A stretch of 64,000 nt of DNA from an uncultured Acidobacteriota bacterium (GCA_963764715.1 CAVXTP010000006.1:32001-96000); one strand, 5' to 3'; shown: positions 9,703-22,457, counted from the stretch's first letter. The notes: generated from the letters alone by a model not told the origin. Made by a program: numbers and translations.

Positions 9703-10086
9703 CTACTTCTTCGTCGCCTTCTTCTTGCCGGCGATCGTCTGCTTGCGCGGTCCCTTCCGGGTCCGGGCGTTCGTGTGGGTCCGCTGCCCGCGGACGGGGA
9801 GGTTGCGCCGGTGGCGCGTGCCCCGGTAGCAGCCGATGTCCATCAGGCGCTTGATGTCGACCGAGATGTCCCGGCGCAGGTCGCCCTCCACCTTGACGTC
9901 GTCGGTGATGACCTTGCGGATCCGGACGACCTCTTCCTCCGACAGGTCCTTGACCCGCGTGTCGGGCCGCACGTCGGCCTTCTCGAGGATGAAGTTCGCC
10001 TTCGGCCGGCCGATGCCGTAGATGTAGGTCAGCCCGATCTCGACCCGCTTGTTGAGCGGAAGATCGACTCCAGCAATGCGTGCCAT
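9703..10086 (-). CDS. rpsM: 30S ribosomal protein S13
   Basis: [27 protein letters not shown]. Confidence 0.98.
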   Translation of the reverse strand: MARIAGVDLPLNKRVEIGLTYIYGIGRPKANFILEKADVRPDTRVKDLSEEEVVRIRKVITDDVKVEGDLRRDISVDIKRLMDIGCYRGTRHRRNLPVRGQRTHTNARTRKGPRKQTIAGKKKATKK

Positions 10087-10089
10087 GTC

Positions 10090-10203
10090 CTACCCCTGCC
10101 TCTGCTTGTGCTTGGGCGTCGTGCAGATGACCCGGACGACTCCCTTGCGATGCACGATCTTGCACTTGGCGCAAATTTTCTTGACCGACGCTCGTACTTT
10201 CAC
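10090..10203 (-). CDS. rpmJ: 50S ribosomal protein L36 (not in ORF track)
   Basis: Manual translation from GTG 10203: [37 protein letters not shown]. Confidence 0.95.
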   Translation of the reverse strand: MKVRASVKKICAKCKIVHRKGVVRVICTTPKHKQRQG

Positions 10204-10217
10204 GATGACTCCCTGGC

Positions 10218-10436
10218 TCACTTGTACCGATAGATGATCCGGCCCCGCGCCAGGTCGTAGGGCGAAAGCTCCACGAGCACCTTGTCTCCCGGGAGGATGC
10301 GGATGAAGTTCTTCCGCATCTTGCCCGAGATGTGCGCCAGGACCTGGTGTTTGTTCTCCAGCTCCACCCGAAACATCGCGTTCGGCAGCGGCTCGACGAC
10401 CGTCGCCATGACCTCGATCGCGTCTTCTTTGGCCAT
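10218..10436 (-). CDS. infA: Translation initiation factor IF-1
   Basis: MAKEDAIEV...[12 protein letters not shown]...HISGKMR...GRIIYRYK. Confidence 0.97.
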   Translation of the reverse strand: MAKEDAIEVMATVVEPLPNAMFRVELENKHQVLAHISGKMRKNFIRILPGDKVLVELSPYDLARGRIIYRYK

Positions 10437-10441
10437 CGTCC

Positions 10442-11224
10442 TTACGCCGAAACCGCCGCCGTCCGCAACGCGGACAGGGCGCCCGTTCCCAGAATCACCG
10501 CTCCCCGGGGGTCGAGGGCGATCGTGTACTCGAAGTGCGCCGACGTCGACTTGTCGCGCGTGCGCACCGTCCACCCGTCGGAGTCGACGGCCACCTCGGC
10601 CCGGCCGAGGTTGAACATGGGCTCGATCGCCAGCACCATCCCGGCCTTCAGCACGCTGCCCCGCCCCGCCGGACCGTAGTTGGGGATCTGGGGCTCCTCG
10701 TGGAGCGCGGTCCCGACCCCGTGGCCCACGAAGTCGCGCACGACGCCGTAGCCGTGGACCAGGGCGACCGCCTCGACGGCGGCCCCGATGTCCGAGACCC
10801 GGCCGCCCGGGCGGGCCGCGGCGATGCCGGCCTGCAGCGCCTCTTTCGTGACCTCGAGCAGCTTCGCCGTCTCCTTCCGGATGCGGCCGACCGGCAGGGT
10901 CCGCGCCGCGTCGCCGTAGTAGCCGCCGAAGACCGCGCCGCAGTCGATCCCGACGACGTCGCCTTCCGCCAGGACCCGCTTTCCGGGGATGCCGTGCACG
11001 ACCTCGTCGTTGATCGAAGTGCAGAGGGTCTTGGGATAACCCCGGTAGCCGACGAAGGCGGGACGGCCGCCGCGCCGGCGGATCTCCGCCTCCGCGATCG
11101 CGTCGAGCTCGTCGGTCGTGACACCCGGGGCCACGGCCTCCTCGACGACGTCGAGCGTCTCGAGGACGATGCGCGAGGCCTCCTCGAGCTTGACGAGCTC
11201 CTCGTGGCTCCGGATCGTGATCAC
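10442..11224 (-). CDS. map: Methionine aminopeptidase type I
   Basis: [42 protein letters not shown]. Confidence 0.96.
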   Translation of the reverse strand: MITIRSHEELVKLEEASRIVLETLDVVEEAVAPGVTTDELDAIAEAEIRRRGGRPAFVGYRGYPKTLCTSINDEVVHGIPGKRVLAEGDVVGIDCGAVFGGYYGDAARTLPVGRIRKETAKLLEVTKEALQAGIAAARPGGRVSDIGAAVEAVALVHGYGVVRDFVGHGVGTALHEEPQIPNYGPAGRGSVLKAGMVLAIEPMFNLGRAEVAVDSDGWTVRTRDKSTSAHFEYTIALDPRGAVILGTGALSALRTAAVSA

Positions 11225-11820
11225 GCCGATCTCCCCGAACCCGAACCGGCCTGCCGCACCGGCGAGAGAGCTTCGTCGATCCGGTGGGCGATCTCGGACA
11301 CCGGTCCGACCCCGTCGACCGAGACGAGGAGGTCGCGGTCGCGGTAGAAGCCGACGAGGGGCTCGGTCTTCTCGCGGTAGACCCGCAGGCGCTCCCGGAT
11401 CGTCTCCGGGCGGTCGTCGGCGCGGCCCTCGGCCTTCGCGCGGGCGAGCATGCGCTCGGTCAGCTGCGCCTCGGGCACGCTGAAGTTGAGGGCCGCCGAG
11501 AGGCCTTCCCCCGTCTTCGCGAGCATCGACTCGAAGGCCCTGGCCTGTTCGAGCGTGCGCGGGAAGCCGTCCAGGATGAAACCGCCGAGGGCGTCGCGCT
11601 CCCCGATCCGCTCGGCGATCAGGGCCAGGATGAGGTCGTCCGAGACGAGTTCGCCCTTTTCCATGACGGCCTGCGCCTGGAGACCGAGGGAGGTCTTCTG
11701 GCGGACGGCCTCGCGGAGGATCTCGCCGGTCGAAATGGCGGGGACGCCCAGCCGCTCCGCGAGGAGCTTGGCCTGGGTGCCCTTGCCGCTGCCCGGGGGT
11801 CCGAGGAAAACGATGCGCAT
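11221..11820 (-). CDS. adk: Adenylate kinase (short-LID form)
   Basis: [30 protein letters not shown]. Confidence 0.96.
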   Translation of the reverse strand: MRIVFLGPPGSGKGTQAKLLAERLGVPAISTGEILREAVRQKTSLGLQAQAVMEKGELVSDDLILALIAERIGERDALGGFILDGFPRTLEQARAFESMLAKTGEGLSAALNFSVPEAQLTERMLARAKAEGRADDRPETIRERLRVYREKTEPLVGFYRDRDLLVSVDGVGPVSEIAHRIDEALSPVRQAGSGSGRSA

Positions 11821-13209
11821 CAGCCTCGCCGTCCCCGGATCCGGCTCTTCTTGAGGAAGCCCGTGTAATGGTGCTCGACGAGCTTGGACTCGACCTGCTG
11901 CACCGTGTCCATGGCGACGCCCACGACGATCAAGAGCGACGTGCCGCCGAAGTAGAAGTTGAACCCGAAGCCCTGCGTCAGGAACTTCGGCAAGACGCCG
12001 TCGAGCCAGGGCCCGATGCCCGGGACGCCCTGGATCTTGAGGCCGTTGTTGAGGATGTCCGGCAGCAGGGCCACGAATGCGAGGTACGCGGCGCCTACGA
12101 CCGTGATGCGCGAGAGCACCGCGTCGATGTAGTCCGCGGTCTTCTTGCCCGGGCGGATGCCGGGGATGAAGCCGCCGTACTTGCGCATGTTGTCGGCCGT
12201 GTCGGTCGGGTTGAAGACGATCGACGTGTAGAAGTAGCAGAAGAACAGGATACCCGCGGCGTAGAGCAGGAGGTAGAGCGGGATGCCCCATCGAGAGCGA
12301 CTCGGCAATGCGCTTCATCCAGTCCGCGCCCGAGATCTGGGCGAGGTACGCCGGCAGCTGCAGGATCGAAATCGCGAAGATGATCGGGATGACGCCGCCC
12401 GTGTTGACCCGCAGCGGCAGGTAGGTGTTCTGGCCGCCGTAGACCCGGCGCCCGACGACGCGCTTGGCGTACTGGACGGGGATCCGGCGCTGCGCCCGCT
12501 CGACGAACACGACGAGTCCGACGATCGCGACCATGAAGACGAGGACGACGAGGAGGACCAGGACGCTGATCGTCTGGTTGCGGATCTGCTGGAAGAGCCC
12601 GAAGATGGCCCGCGGCAGGTTCGCCACGATGCCGGCGAAGATGATGAGCGAGATGCCGTTGCCGATCCCCCGCTCGGTGATCTGTTCGCCGAGCCACATG
12701 ATGAAGATCGTGCCGGTCGTCAGCGTCAGGACGGTCATGAGGCGGAAGCCCCAGCCGGAATGCGGCACGAGCGGGGCCCCGCCCGGCGCCGACTGCTTCT
12801 CGAGCCACAGGGCGATGCCGGCCGCCTGGATGAACGACAGCGCCACGGTGCCGTAGCGGGTGTACTGCGTGATCTTCTTGCGGCCCATTTCGCCCTCCTT
12901 CGAGAGCTTCTCGAGGTAGGGCCAGACGACCGTCAGCAGCTGCAGGATGATGGAGCTCGAGATGTACGGCATGATGCCGAGCGCGAAGACGGAGAGCCTC
13001 CGCAGCGCGCCGCCCGAGAACATGTCGAGGAAGCCGAACATCGACCCGGCCGACGCCTTGAAGAAGGCGTTGATCGCCTCGGGATCGACGCCCGGCGTGG
13101 GGATGTGCGCCCCCAGCCGATAGACGGCGAGCACGAGGAACGTGAACAGGATCCGCTTGCGCAGGTCCGGCACGCTGAAGATGTTGGCGAAGCTCTGGAG
13201 AGCGCTCAA
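11820..13209 (-). CDS. secY: Preprotein translocase SecY (frameshift near 12290)
   Basis: [56 protein letters not shown]. Confidence 0.96.
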
Positions 13210-13833
13210 CGGGACAGCACCTCGCAGCGGCCGCCGGCGGCCTCGATCGAAGCCCTGGCGGACGCCGAGAATTTGTGGGCGGAGACGGTCAGGGCCTTCT
13301 TGATCTCCCCGTCACCGAGGATCTTGATGAGCCGATTCTTCCGGGTCAGGCGCGAAGCGGCGAGCATCTCGGGGTTCACGGCCGCTCCGGCGTCGAAGCG
13401 ATCGAGGTCCGAGATGTTCACGATGTCGTACTCGACGCGGAAGATGTTCGTGAAGCCGCGCTTGGGGAGCCGCCGGTGGAGCGGCATCTGGCCGCCCTCG
13501 AAGCCCCGCTGGTGCCGGTAGCCGGTCCTCGACTTCTGGCCCTTGCTTCCGCGGCCGGCGGTCTTGCCGTGCCCGGACCCGGGGCCGCGGCCGACCCGTT
13601 TGCGGTAGTGGGTCGAGCCCGGAGCCGGACCGAGGCTGTGCACGCCGAGCGCCGGCGGACGCGAGGGGGCCGGGGCCGCCTTCTTCGCGACCTTCGGGGG
13701 ACGGGCGGCCGCCGGGGCGGCCGGCTTGCGCCGCGGGCTTCGCGGCCGCCGCCTTCGCGTGGGCCTTCGGCGCCGCCTTCGCGGGCTTCTTCGCGGCCGG
13801 AGCCGCCTTCGTCGTCTTCTTCTTCTCGACCAT
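13206..13833 (-). CDS. rplO: 50S ribosomal protein L15 with Lys/Ala-rich N-terminal extension (frameshift near 13650-13730)
   Basis: [17 protein letters not shown] and [17 protein letters not shown]; the upstream ATG 13833 gives [19 protein letters not shown]. Confidence 0.9.
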
Positions 13834-13836
13834 GAG

Positions 13837-14061
13837 TTAGCCCTTCGCCACTTCGACGAGGTGGCGGACCTTGCGGATCATTCCGCGCACCGCCGGCGAG
13901 TCCTCGCGAACCACCTTCTGTCCCATGCGGCTGAACCCGAGGCCGACCAACGTCGCCTTCTGGTCCTTCGGCGTGCAGATCCCGCTCTTGACCTGCGTGA
14001 TCGTCAGCCGTCCGCCGTCCTTCCTGCCCCGCTTCTCGGAGGCCTTCGCCGCCTCGGTCAC
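13837..14061 (-). CDS. rpmD: 50S ribosomal protein L30
   Basis: [10 protein letters not shown]...ATLVGLG...[16 protein letters not shown]; GTG start overlaps the rpsE stop. Confidence 0.92.
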   Translation of the reverse strand: MTEAAKASEKRGRKDGGRLTITQVKSGICTPKDQKATLVGLGFSRMGQKVVREDSPAVRGMIRKVRHLVEVAKG

Positions 14062-14616
14062 GCCTTCTCCTCCACCGCGACCTCGGGCGCCGCCGCCGCG
14101 CGGCCGCGCCGGCGCGCGAACTCGTCCTCGTTGCGCAGCCGCAGGAGCCCGTCGAACGTGGCCTTGATCACGTTGTGCGGGTTGGTCGTCCGGAGCGACT
14201 TCGTCAGGATGTCCTGGATGCCGACCGACTCGAGCACCGCCCGGACCGGCCCGCCCGCGATGACGCCCGTGCCGGCCGCGGCCGGCTTCAGGAGGACGCG
14301 TCCCGCGCCGTACGCGCCGATGATGGCGTGCGGGATGGTCGTGCCCTTGAGCGACACCTTCTGCATGTTCTTCTTGGCCATCTCGATGCCCTTCTTGATG
14401 GCCATCGGGACTTCCTTCGCCTTGCCCGAGCCGTAGCCCACCCGACCCTGCGCCGTCGCCCACGACGACGAGCGCGGAGAACGAGAAGTTCTTGCCGCCC
14501 TTGACGACCTTGGTGACGCGGTTGATGTGGACGACGCGGTCGATCAATTCGCGACCCTGCGCGTCGCGCTCTTTTTCGCGCTCGCGCGGCGCCCGCGGGC
14601 CCCGGTTGCTGCTCAT
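14058..14616 (-). CDS. rpsE: 30S ribosomal protein S5 (frameshift near 14445)
   Basis: [35 protein letters not shown]. Confidence 0.96.
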
Positions 14617-14646
14617 CGTTCCGTTCTCCTCGTGATCCCGACCATC

Positions 14647-15015
14647 CTAGAACTCCAGGCCGCCCGAACGGGCGCCCTCGGCCAGCGCCTTGACGCGGCC
14701 GTGATACCGATACCCGCCCCGGTCGAAGACGACCTTGGTGACGCCGGCCTTCTTCGCGCGCTCGGCCACGAGCGTTCCCACCCGGGTCGCCGCCTCGCGC
14801 GAGCCGCCCTTGGGACCGTCCTTGCGCAGGCCCGCGTCGAGCGACGACGCATGGGCGAGGGTCGAGCCCTGCCCGTCGTCGATGACCTGGGCGTAGATGT
14901 GCCGGCCGCTCTTGAAGACCGCCAGGCGCGGACGCTCCGCGGCCCCGCTGACCATGGCGCGGACCCGGAGGCGAACCCGCGACCGGGCTTCCGTTCGTGC
15001 TTGCGACGTGTTCAT
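14647..15015 (-). CDS. rplR: 50S ribosomal protein L18
   Basis: [37 protein letters not shown]. Confidence 0.97.
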   Translation of the reverse strand: MNTSQARTEARSRVRLRVRAMVSGAAERPRLAVFKSGRHIYAQVIDDGQGSTLAHASSLDAGLRKDGPKGGSREAATRVGTLVAERAKKAGVTKVVFDRGGYRYHGRVKALAEGARSGGLEF

Positions 15016-15017
15016 GA

Positions 15018-15560
15018 TTACTTCCCGCCCGCCTTGCCGACCTTGCGCTTGATCACTTCGTTGGCGTACTTGATTCCCTTGGCCTTGTACGGATCGGGCA
15101 CGCGGAGCTTCCGGATCTCCGCCGCCGTCTGCCCGACGCGCTGCTTGTCGGCGCCCGTCACCGTCATCTTCCCGGCCTTGGCGTCGATCGCGATCGCGAT
15201 TCCCTCGGGAATCGGGAAGTCGACGGGGTGCGAGTACCCGAGGGAGAAGACGACCGACTTGCCCTTGACCTCGGCCTTGTAGCCCACGCCCGAGATCTCG
15301 AGCTCGCGGGTGAAGCCTTTCGTGACGCCCTCGACATTGTTGGCCACGAGGCTGCGGAGCAGCCCGTGGACCGCGCGCGCCTTCGGCTCGTCGGAGCCGC
15401 GGGCGATCCGGACCTGACCATCGGCGACGGCCACGGTCAGGCCGGCCGGGATAGCGCTCGAAAGCTCACCCTTGGGCCCCTTGACTCGGACCGTTCCACC
15501 GTCCGCCTTGACCTCGACCCCCTTGGGGATCGAAACCGGCATTTTCCCTATACGCGACAC
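15018..15560 (-). CDS. rplF: 50S ribosomal protein L6
   Basis: [24 protein letters not shown]. Confidence 0.97.
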   Translation of the reverse strand: MSRIGKMPVSIPKGVEVKADGGTVRVKGPKGELSSAIPAGLTVAVADGQVRIARGSDEPKARAVHGLLRSLVANNVEGVTKGFTRELEISGVGYKAEVKGKSVVFSLGYSHPVDFPIPEGIAIAIDAKAGKMTVTGADKQRVGQTAAEIRKLRVPDPYKAKGIKYANEVIKRKVGKAGGK

Positions 15561-15579
15561 AGGTTTGCTCCTCTTCGCC

Positions 15580-15978
15580 TCACCAGACGTTGCAGAGAAC
15601 TTCGCCGCCCAGGCGCGACTCCCGCGCCGTCCGGTCGGTCACGATGCCCTTCGAGGTCGACACGATCGACACGCCGAGGCCGCCCAGGACCTTGGGGATG
15701 GCTTCGGCCTTCGCGTAGACGCGGCGGCCGGGCCGGGAGACGCGCTCGATCCCCGAGACGATCGGCTCGCCCTCGTGGTCGTACTTGAGCCCGACGCGCA
15801 GGACCGGCCGCCCGGCCTCCTGGACCTTCCGGAAGGAGGCCACGAAGCCTTCCTCCTCGAGGACCTTCAGGACGGCCTCCTTGACCCGCGAAGCGGGCAC
15901 GTCCACGCGCTCGTGCCCGGCGCGCATTCCGTTCTTCAAGCGGGTCAGGAGATCGCTCAGGGGGTCGCTGGTTTTCAT
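15580..15978 (-). CDS. rpsH: 30S ribosomal protein S8
   Basis: DPLSDLLTRLKN, RVSRPGRRVY, IVSTSKG, GGEVLC. Confidence 0.97.
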   Translation of the reverse strand: MKTSDPLSDLLTRLKNGMRAGHERVDVPASRVKEAVLKVLEEEGFVASFRKVQEAGRPVLRVGLKYDHEGEPIVSGIERVSRPGRRVYAKAEAIPKVLGGLGVSIVSTSKGIVTDRTARESRLGGEVLCNVW

Positions 15979-15982
15979 CGCG

Positions 15983-16168
15983 TCACCACGAAGCCTTCAG
16001 AACGCCCGGGATGTACCCCTGGTTGGCGTTCTGACGGAAGCAGATTCGGCAGAGGCCGAACTTGCGGAATACCGCGCGCGGCCGGCCGCACACGCGGCAC
16101 CGCCGGATCGTCCGGGTCATGAACTTCGGCTTCCTCGCCGCCTTGATTCGCATTGCACGTGTGGCCAT
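15983..16168 (-). CDS. rpsN: 30S ribosomal protein S14, short Zn-binding type
   Basis: [23 protein letters not shown]...IPGVLKASW. Confidence 0.96.
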   Translation of the reverse strand: MATRAMRIKAARKPKFMTRTIRRCRVCGRPRAVFRKFGLCRICFRQNANQGYIPGVLKASW

Positions 16169-16187
16169 CGTCTGTTTCCTGTCTGTC

Positions 16188-16730
16188 CTACTTGGCGAAG
16201 GGCATGCCGAGCTCGGCGAGCAGCGCCTTCGCCCGGTCGTCCCGCCCCGCCGTCGTCACGATCGTCACGTTCAGTCCCTTGGACTTGTCCGTCTTCGCGT
16301 AGTCGATTTCCGGGAAGATGAAATGGTCGCGGACGCCGAGCGTGTAGTTGCCCCGCCCGTCGAACGCCTTGCCCGAGACGCCGCGAAAGTCGCGGACGCG
16401 CGGCAGGGCAATGTTGATCAACCGGTCGAGGAACTCCCACATCCGGTCGCCGCGCAGGGTCACCCGCGCGCCGATCGGCATCCCCGTCCGGAGCTTGTAG
16501 GTCGCGATCGACTTCTTGGCCTTCGTCACGTTGGCGCGCTGGCCGGCAATCGACGACAGCTCCTCCGCGGCGCCCTCGAGCATCTTGGGGTTGGCGACCG
16601 CCTCTCCCAGGCCCATGTTGAGGACGATCTTCTCGAGCCGCGGAATCGCCATCACGTTGTCGATCCCGAACTCCTTCTGGAGCGCGGGGGCGACTTCCTT
16701 GGCGTACCGTTCCTTGAGTCTCGCTGCCAT
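16188..16730 (-). CDS. rplE: 50S ribosomal protein L5
   Basis: [30 protein letters not shown]. Confidence 0.97.
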   Translation of the reverse strand: MAARLKERYAKEVAPALQKEFGIDNVMAIPRLEKIVLNMGLGEAVANPKMLEGAAEELSSIAGQRANVTKAKKSIATYKLRTGMPIGARVTLRGDRMWEFLDRLINIALPRVRDFRGVSGKAFDGRGNYTLGVRDHFIFPEIDYAKTDKSKGLNVTIVTTAGRDDRAKALLAELGMPFAK

Positions 16731-16739
16731 GGCGTTCCT

Positions 16740-17066
16740 TTACGCGAGCACCGCGCCGCTCTTCTTGGCGACGCGCTCGGGTTTGCCCTCCGCGTCGCGG
16801 CGGCGGCCGATCCGCGTTCCGACGTTGCGGTCCGGGTCGACGAGCATCACGTTGGAGATGTGGATCGTGGCTTCCTTCTCCGAGATGCCGCCGGCGATGT
16901 TCTTGCCCGGATTCGGGCGCGTGTGCCGCTTGATCATGTTGACGCGCTCGACGATGACGCGGCCCTTCTCGGGCATCACCCGCAGGATCCGGCCCTGCCG
17001 GCCGCGGTCGCGTCCCGCGATCACGACGACCATGTCGTTCTTCTTCAACTTGGGCTTGGGCATCAC
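16740..17066 (-). CDS. rplX: 50S ribosomal protein L24
   Basis: [28 protein letters not shown]. Confidence 0.96.
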   Translation of the reverse strand: MMPKPKLKKNDMVVVIAGRDRGRQGRILRVMPEKGRVIVERVNMIKRHTRPNPGKNIAGGISEKEATIHISNVMLVDPDRNVGTRIGRRRDAEGKPERVAKKSGAVLA

Positions 17067-17440
17067 AGCACTTCCGGTGCGAGGGAAATGATCTTCATGA
17101 ACTTCTTCTCGCGCAGCTCGCGCGCGACCGGCCCGAACACGCGCGTCCCGATCGGCTCCCCCTCGTTGGAGATCAGGACCGCGGCGTTGTCGTCGAACCG
17201 GATGTACGACCCGTCCTTGCGCCGGTGGTTGCGCCGGGTCCGGACGATGACGGCCCGGACGACGCGCTTCCCGTGCTTCTCGACGAAGGGCGAGTCGGGA
17301 GCGGCCTCCTTGACCGAGGCCGTGATGATGTCGCCGAGGCCCGCGTACTGGCCGGCCGAGCCGCCGCGCATGCGGATGCAGGCGATCTTGCGCGCCCCGG
17401 AATTGTCGGCCACCTCGAGGATGGTCCCCATCTGAATCAT
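17063..17440 (-). CDS. rplN: 50S ribosomal protein L14
   Basis: [37 protein letters not shown]. Confidence 0.98.
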   Translation of the reverse strand: MIQMGTILEVADNSGARKIACIRMRGGSAGQYAGLGDIITASVKEAAPDSPFVEKHGKRVVRAVIVRTRRNHRRKDGSYIRFDDNAAVLISNEGEPIGTRVFGPVARELREKKFMKIISLAPEVL

Positions 17441-17450
17441 CGGCTTCTCC

Positions 17451-17720
17451 CTACGCCTGCGCCTTCACGAGGATTTCCTGCAGACGCCACCGCTTCAGCC
17501 TCGAGAGCGGGCGGGTCTCTTCGATCCGGACGCGGTCGCCGACGTGCGCGGCGTTCGCTTCGTCGTGCGCGTGGAAACGGCTCGTCCGCTTGATCGTGCG
17601 GGTGTACTCGGCGTGCTGCACCCGGCGCTCCACCTCGACGACGATCGTCTTCTGCATCTTGTCGGAGACGACGCGCCCGACCTTCGTCGCCCGTCCCTTC
17701 GGCTTGACCGTTTCGTTCAC
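17451..17720 (-). CDS. rpsQ: 30S ribosomal protein S17
   Basis: [31 protein letters not shown]. Confidence 0.97.
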   Translation of the reverse strand: MNETVKPKGRATKVGRVVSDKMQKTIVVEVERRVQHAEYTRTIKRTSRFHAHDEANAAHVGDRVRIEETRPLSRLKRWRLQEILVKAQA

Positions 17721-17926
17721 TGACCTGCCTCCGCCTTTCGGGCCCGCTGGTACGTCTTGATGCGCGCGATGTCGCGCCGGATCGTCTTCAGGCGGCTCGG
17801 GTTCTCGAGCTGCCCGGTCGCTTTCTGCAGCCGGAGCTTCCAGGACGCCGCCTTGAGCTCCTTTTCCTTCTCGGCGAGGTCCGCCTCGCTCTGCAGCGAC
17901 AACGTCTCGCGTTCCTTCTTCTTCAT
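17717..17926 (-). CDS. rpmC: 50S ribosomal protein L29
   Basis: [29 protein letters not shown]. Confidence 0.93.
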   Translation of the reverse strand: MKKKERETLSLQSEADLAEKEKELKAASWKLRLQKATGQLENPSRLKTIRRDIARIKTYQRARKAEAGQ

Positions 17927-18348
17927 CGGATCTCCATTTCGGAGGCGCGGGTCACCAGGCGCGTCTTCAAGCCCAGCTTGTCGGCCGCGAGCTTGAGGGC
18001 CTCCGTGCCGGTGGCGAGGTCGACGCCTTCCATCTCGTAGAGGATCCGGCCGGGCTTGACCACCGCGACCCATCCCTCCGGCGCGCCCTTGCCCTTGCCC
18101 ATGCGCGTTTCGGCGGGCTTCTTGGTGTACGGCTTGTCCGGGAAGATCCGGATCCAGATCTTGCCGCCGCGCTTGACGGCGCGGGTCATGGCGACGCGGC
18201 CGGCCTCGATCTGCCGGGCGGTGATCCAGCCGGGCTCGAGGACCTGGAGGCCCATGTCGCCGAACGCCAGCTCGCCGCCGCGGAAGGCCTTGCCCCGCAT
18301 GCGCCCGCGCTGCTGTTTCCTGTACTTGACCTTGGAAGGCATCAACAT
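17923..18348 (-). CDS. rplP: 50S ribosomal protein L16
   Basis: [30 protein letters not shown]. Confidence 0.98.
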   Translation of the reverse strand: MLMPSKVKYRKQQRGRMRGKAFRGGELAFGDMGLQVLEPGWITARQIEAGRVAMTRAVKRGGKIWIRIFPDKPYTKKPAETRMGKGKGAPEGWVAVVKPGRILYEMEGVDLATGTEALKLAADKLGLKTRLVTRASEMEIR

Positions 18349-18360
18349 GACGGAACTCGC

Positions 18361-19014
18361 TTACGCCGCGCTCTTGCGGCGGTTCTTGGCCTTGTGCTGC
18401 TCGCCCCGGTAGATCCACACCTTGACGCCGATCTTTCCGTACGTCGTGTTCGCCTCGGCGAACCCGTAATCGATGTCGGCCTTCAGCGTGTGGAGCGGGA
18501 GCCGCCCCTCCTGATACCACTCGGACCGCGCGATCTCGGCGCCGTTCAGGCGCCCGGCGCACCGGATCTTGATCCCCTGGGCCCCGAACCGGAATGCCGA
18601 CTCGATGCCCTTTTTCATCGCGCGCCGGAACGCCACGCGCCGCTCGAGCTGGAGGGCGATCGACTCGGAGACCAGCTGGGCGTCGGTCTCGGGGCGCTGG
18701 ATCTCGATGATGTTGATGTGGACCTCGGTCCCGGTCCGCTTCTGGAGCTCGTCCCGGAGACGGTCCACCTCGGCGCCGCGCTTGCCGATGATGATGCCCG
18801 GCCGCGACGTCTGGATGTTGACCTTGAGCTTCCCGGAGAAGCGCTCGATGTCGACCTCGGAGACCCCGGCATGCGACAGGCGGCCCTTGAGCTCCTTGCG
18901 GAGTTTCAGGTCGTCGTGAAGGAACTTGAGGTAGTCCTTCTCCGAGAACCAGCGCGAGTGCCAGGTCCGGTTGAAACCGAGCCGGAATCCGTAGGGATGG
19001 ACTTTCTGCCCCAT
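18361..19014 (-). CDS. rpsC: 30S ribosomal protein S3
   Basis: [35 protein letters not shown]. Confidence 0.98.
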   Translation of the reverse strand: MGQKVHPYGFRLGFNRTWHSRWFSEKDYLKFLHDDLKLRKELKGRLSHAGVSEVDIERFSGKLKVNIQTSRPGIIIGKRGAEVDRLRDELQKRTGTEVHINIIEIQRPETDAQLVSESIALQLERRVAFRRAMKKGIESAFRFGAQGIKIRCAGRLNGAEIARSEWYQEGRLPLHTLKADIDYGFAEANTTYGKIGVKVWIYRGEQHKAKNRRKSAA

Positions 19015-19022
19015 GGTGCTCC

Positions 19023-19361
19023 TTAAGCCTCGTCCGAGAGTTCGATCGTCAGGTGGCTCTTGCGGTGCAGGACGCGGAACGCGCGCCCCATCGGCGCCGG
19101 ACGCACCCGCTTCTCCTGCGGTCCCTTGTCGACGGTGATCTTGCGGACCACGAGCTGGTCCACGTCGAGCTGGGCTTCCTTCTGCTCCGCGTTGGCGACG
19201 GCCGAGCGGAGCGTCTTGAGAATGTCGCGGGCCGCGACCTTCCGCGCGTGGCGCAGGATGGCGACGGCGTCGTTGACCTTCTTGCCGCGCACGAGGTCCG
19301 CCACCAGGCGCACCTTCTGCGCGGAACCCTTCATGTACCGGAGCCTGGCCGTGGCTTTCAT
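19023..19361 (-). CDS. rplV: 50S ribosomal protein L22
   Basis: [27 protein letters not shown]. Confidence 0.96.
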   Translation of the reverse strand: MKATARLRYMKGSAQKVRLVADLVRGKKVNDAVAILRHARKVAARDILKTLRSAVANAEQKEAQLDVDQLVVRKITVDKGPQEKRVRPAPMGRAFRVLHRKSHLTIELSDEA

Positions 19362-19369
19362 GGCTTCCC

Positions 19370-19726
19370 TCAGGCCTTCGGCGCCGCCGCGGCCGGGGCC
19401 GCGCCCGGAGCCGAGACCGGCTTGCCGGCGCCGGCGGCCGCGACGGCCGCTCCGGCCTCCGCCGCCTTCTTGCCGCCGTGGCCCTTGAAGATCCGCGTCG
19501 GAGCGAACTCGCCGAGCTTGTGGCCGACCATGTTCTCCGCGACGTAGACCGGGATGAACTTGCGCCCGTTGTGCACGGCGATCGTGTGCCCGACCATGTC
19601 GGGAATGACCGTCGAGCGGCGGGACCAGGTCTTCACGACCTTCTTGTCGCGGGTCGCGTTCAGGGCCGCCACCTTCTTGAGCAGGTGGTCGTCCACGAAC
19701 GGGCCCTTCTTGATTGAGCGTGCCAT
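19370..19726 (-). CDS. rpsS: 30S ribosomal protein S19 with Ala/Pro-rich tail
   Basis: [32 protein letters not shown]. Confidence 0.98.
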   Translation of the reverse strand: MARSIKKGPFVDDHLLKKVAALNATRDKKVVKTWSRRSTVIPDMVGHTIAVHNGRKFIPVYVAENMVGHKLGEFAPTRIFKGHGGKKAAEAGAAVAAAGAGKPVSAPGAAPAAAAPKA

Positions 19727-19729
19727 CGG

Positions 19730-20560
19730 TTAGACCTTCGACTTGCGCCGGCGGACGATGAATCCGTCGGTGCGCTTGTTGTTGCGAGTCTTCATGCCCT
19801 TCGTCTTCCAGCCCCACGGCGAGGTCGGGTGGCGTCCACCGGAGGTCTTGCCCTCGCCGCCGCCCATCGGGTGGTCGACGGGGTTCATGGCGACGCCGCG
19901 GTTGTGCGGACGCCAGCCCAGCCAGCGGTTGCGGCCGGCCTTGCCGATCGACACGTTCTCGTGCTCGAGGTTGCCGACCTGCCCGATCGTCGCGTAGTTC
20001 TCGCTGTGGACCTCGCGCACTTCGCCGGAGGGCAGGCGCACCTGCGCGTAGGTGCCCTCCTTGGCCATGAGCTGCGCGGCGGCCCCGGCGGAGCGGACGA
20101 GCTGGCCGCCCTTGCCGCGGGTCAGCTCGATGTTGTGGATCGTCGTCCCGAGCGGGATCGCCTTGAGCGGCAGGGCGTTGCCCGGCAGGATGTCGGCCGA
20201 GGGGCCCGAGACCACGGTGGCGCCGATCGCCAGGCCGTTGGGCGCGAGGATGTAGCGCTTCTCGCCGTCGGCGTAGTGGAGCAGCGCGATCCGCGCCGAG
20301 CGGTTCGGGTCGTACTCGATCGTCGCGACCTTCGCCGGGATGTCCTGCTTGTCCCGCCGGAAGTCGATCATCCGGTACAGGCGCTTGTGGCCGCCGCCCA
20401 TGAACCGGGACGTCGTCCGGCCCTGGTTGTTGCGGCCGCCGGTCGCGCGCAGGCCGACCGTCAGGCGCTTCTCCGGACGGACCGGAGAGATCTCCTGGAA
20501 GTCGAGCTTGGTCTGGAACCGGACTCCGGGGGAGGTCGGTTTGAACTTTTTGACTGCCAT
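19730..20560 (-). CDS. rplB: 50S ribosomal protein L2
   Basis: [30 protein letters not shown]. Confidence 0.98.
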   Translation of the reverse strand: MAVKKFKPTSPGVRFQTKLDFQEISPVRPEKRLTVGLRATGGRNNQGRTTSRFMGGGHKRLYRMIDFRRDKQDIPAKVATIEYDPNRSARIALLHYADGEKRYILAPNGLAIGATVVSGPSADILPGNALPLKAIPLGTTIHNIELTRGKGGQLVRSAGAAAQLMAKEGTYAQVRLPSGEVREVHSENYATIGQVGNLEHENVSIGKAGRNRWLGWRPHNRGVAMNPVDHPMGGGEGKTSGGRHPTSPWGWKTKGMKTRNNKRTDGFIVRRRKSKV

Positions 20561-20847
20561 TACACGCCCTCGAAGAACTCGATCTTCTGATCCGGCGCGA
20601 GCCGGACGTAGGCCTTCTTCCAGGCCTTGCGCTGGCCGACGAACCGGCCCATGCGCTTCCACTTTCCCTCACGGTTGGCGACCCGGACGTCGAGCACCTT
20701 GACGCCGAAGAGCTTCTCGACGGCGCGCCGGACCTCGATCTTGTTGGCCGTCTTGTCGACCTCGAAGCAGATCGTGTTCGACGCTTCCTTCATCAGCGCC
20801 GCCTTCTCCGTGATCAGGGGCTTCCGGATGATCCGCTGGGCATCCAT
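20560..20847 (-). CDS. rplW: 50S ribosomal protein L23
   Basis: [33 protein letters not shown]. Confidence 0.96.
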   Translation of the reverse strand: MDAQRIIRKPLITEKAALMKEASNTICFEVDKTANKIEVRRAVEKLFGVKVLDVRVANREGKWKRMGRFVGQRKAWKKAYVRLAPDQKIEFFEGV

Positions 20848-21476
20848 CACTCGCCTCCCAGGTTCTTGACGACGCGCGAGAACGCCTGCCTCGACAGCAC
20901 GAGCGTCCCGTGGGCGAGCACGTCGTACGCGTTGACCGCGAGCGGGTCGACGAGCTTCCAGGCCTTCACGTTGCGCGAGGCGCGGACGAAGTTCTCGTTG
21001 CCGCGGGCGTCGACGAAGAGCGTCTTGCCCTCGATGCCGAGCGCGCCGACCGCCGTGACGAGGTCCCTGGTCTTGGTGCTCGCCACGTCGAGCTTGTCGA
21101 CGACGACGATCCGCTCCTCGGCGGCGCGGCGCGAGAGGACCGCCTTCAGGGCGTTCTTCTTCTCGCCGACCGAGACTCCCTGCGCGTACGAGCGCGGCAC
21201 GGGCCCGTGCACCGTGCCGCCGTGGCGGTGGATCGGCGGGCGGCCGCCGCCCTGCCGGGCCCGGCCGGTGCCCTTCTGCTTGAAGGGCTTCTTGCCGGAG
21301 CCCGAGACCTCGGAGCGGACCTTCGTCTTGTGCGTGCCGGCGCGCTGACCCGCGAGGTAGGCCTTGACGACCTCCCACACGAGGTGCCGGCGGTACGGGT
21401 ACGCGAAGACGTCCTCGGGCAGGGCGACTTCGCCGACCTGCTCGTTCTTCCAGTTCAAAACGGGGATCTTGGCCAT
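20847..21476 (-). CDS. rplD: 50S ribosomal protein L4
   Basis: [32 protein letters not shown]. Confidence 0.97.
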   Translation of the reverse strand: MAKIPVLNWKNEQVGEVALPEDVFAYPYRRHLVWEVVKAYLAGQRAGTHKTKVRSEVSGSGKKPFKQKGTGRARQGGGRPPIHRHGGTVHGPVPRSYAQGVSVGEKKNALKAVLSRRAAEERIVVVDKLDVASTKTRDLVTAVGALGIEGKTLFVDARGNENFVRASRNVKAWKLVDPLAVNAYDVLAHGTLVLSRQAFSRVVKNLGGE

Positions 21477-21480
21477 GCTC

Positions 21481-22129
21481 TTACGCCTTCCTCCGGCCGA
21501 AGCTCGAGCGCACGATCTTGACGATCGCGTTCCGGGCCCCCGGGACGGCGCCGGAGATGTAGAGGAGGTTCTTCTCGGCGTCGACGCGCACGACCACCAG
21601 GTTCTTGGACGTCGACTGGCGGCCGCCGAGCCGGCCCGAGGAGCGCGTGCCCGGGATAGACGCGCGACGGGAAGGCCGACGGGCCGATCGAGCCCGGCGC
21701 CCGGTGGAACATCGAGCCGTGCGTGGCCGCGCCGCCGCGGAAGCCGTGGCGCGCGACGACGCCCATGAACCCCTTGCCCTTGGACGTGCCGATGACGTCG
21801 ACGTGGTCCTGCTCGGCGAAGGAGTCGCAGAGGACCTTGTCGCCGGGCTTCAGCTCGTCGCCCTTGTCGGCCTTGACTTCCATCAGGGTCCGCATGGGCG
21901 CCACGCCGGCCTTCTCGAACCGGCCCTTGGACGCCTTGTTCGCCCGGCGGTCCGGGCGCGGGCCGACGAGGCCGATCTGGAGCGCGTCGTAACCGTCCTT
22001 GTCGGCGGTCTTCTTCTGGACGACGAGGCACGGCCCGGCCTGCACGACGGTGACCGGCACGACCGTGCCGTCCGCCGCGAAGAGCTGGGTCATCCCCACC
22101 TTCTTGCCGATGATTCCGTGTACGGCCAT
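21481..22129 (-). CDS. rplC: 50S ribosomal protein L3 (frameshift near 21640)
   Basis: [31 protein letters not shown]. Confidence 0.96.
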
Positions 22130-22133
22130 GGCT

Positions 22134-22457
<324 letters not shown>

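Noticed and set aside
11221-13209. Apparent SecY-Adk fusion (likewise EF-Tu-S10 and ATP-grasp-GNAT fusions in the ORF track)
   Set aside because: Each is a read-through caused by an indel. The intervening translation is out-of-frame junk, and each downstream gene has its own start.
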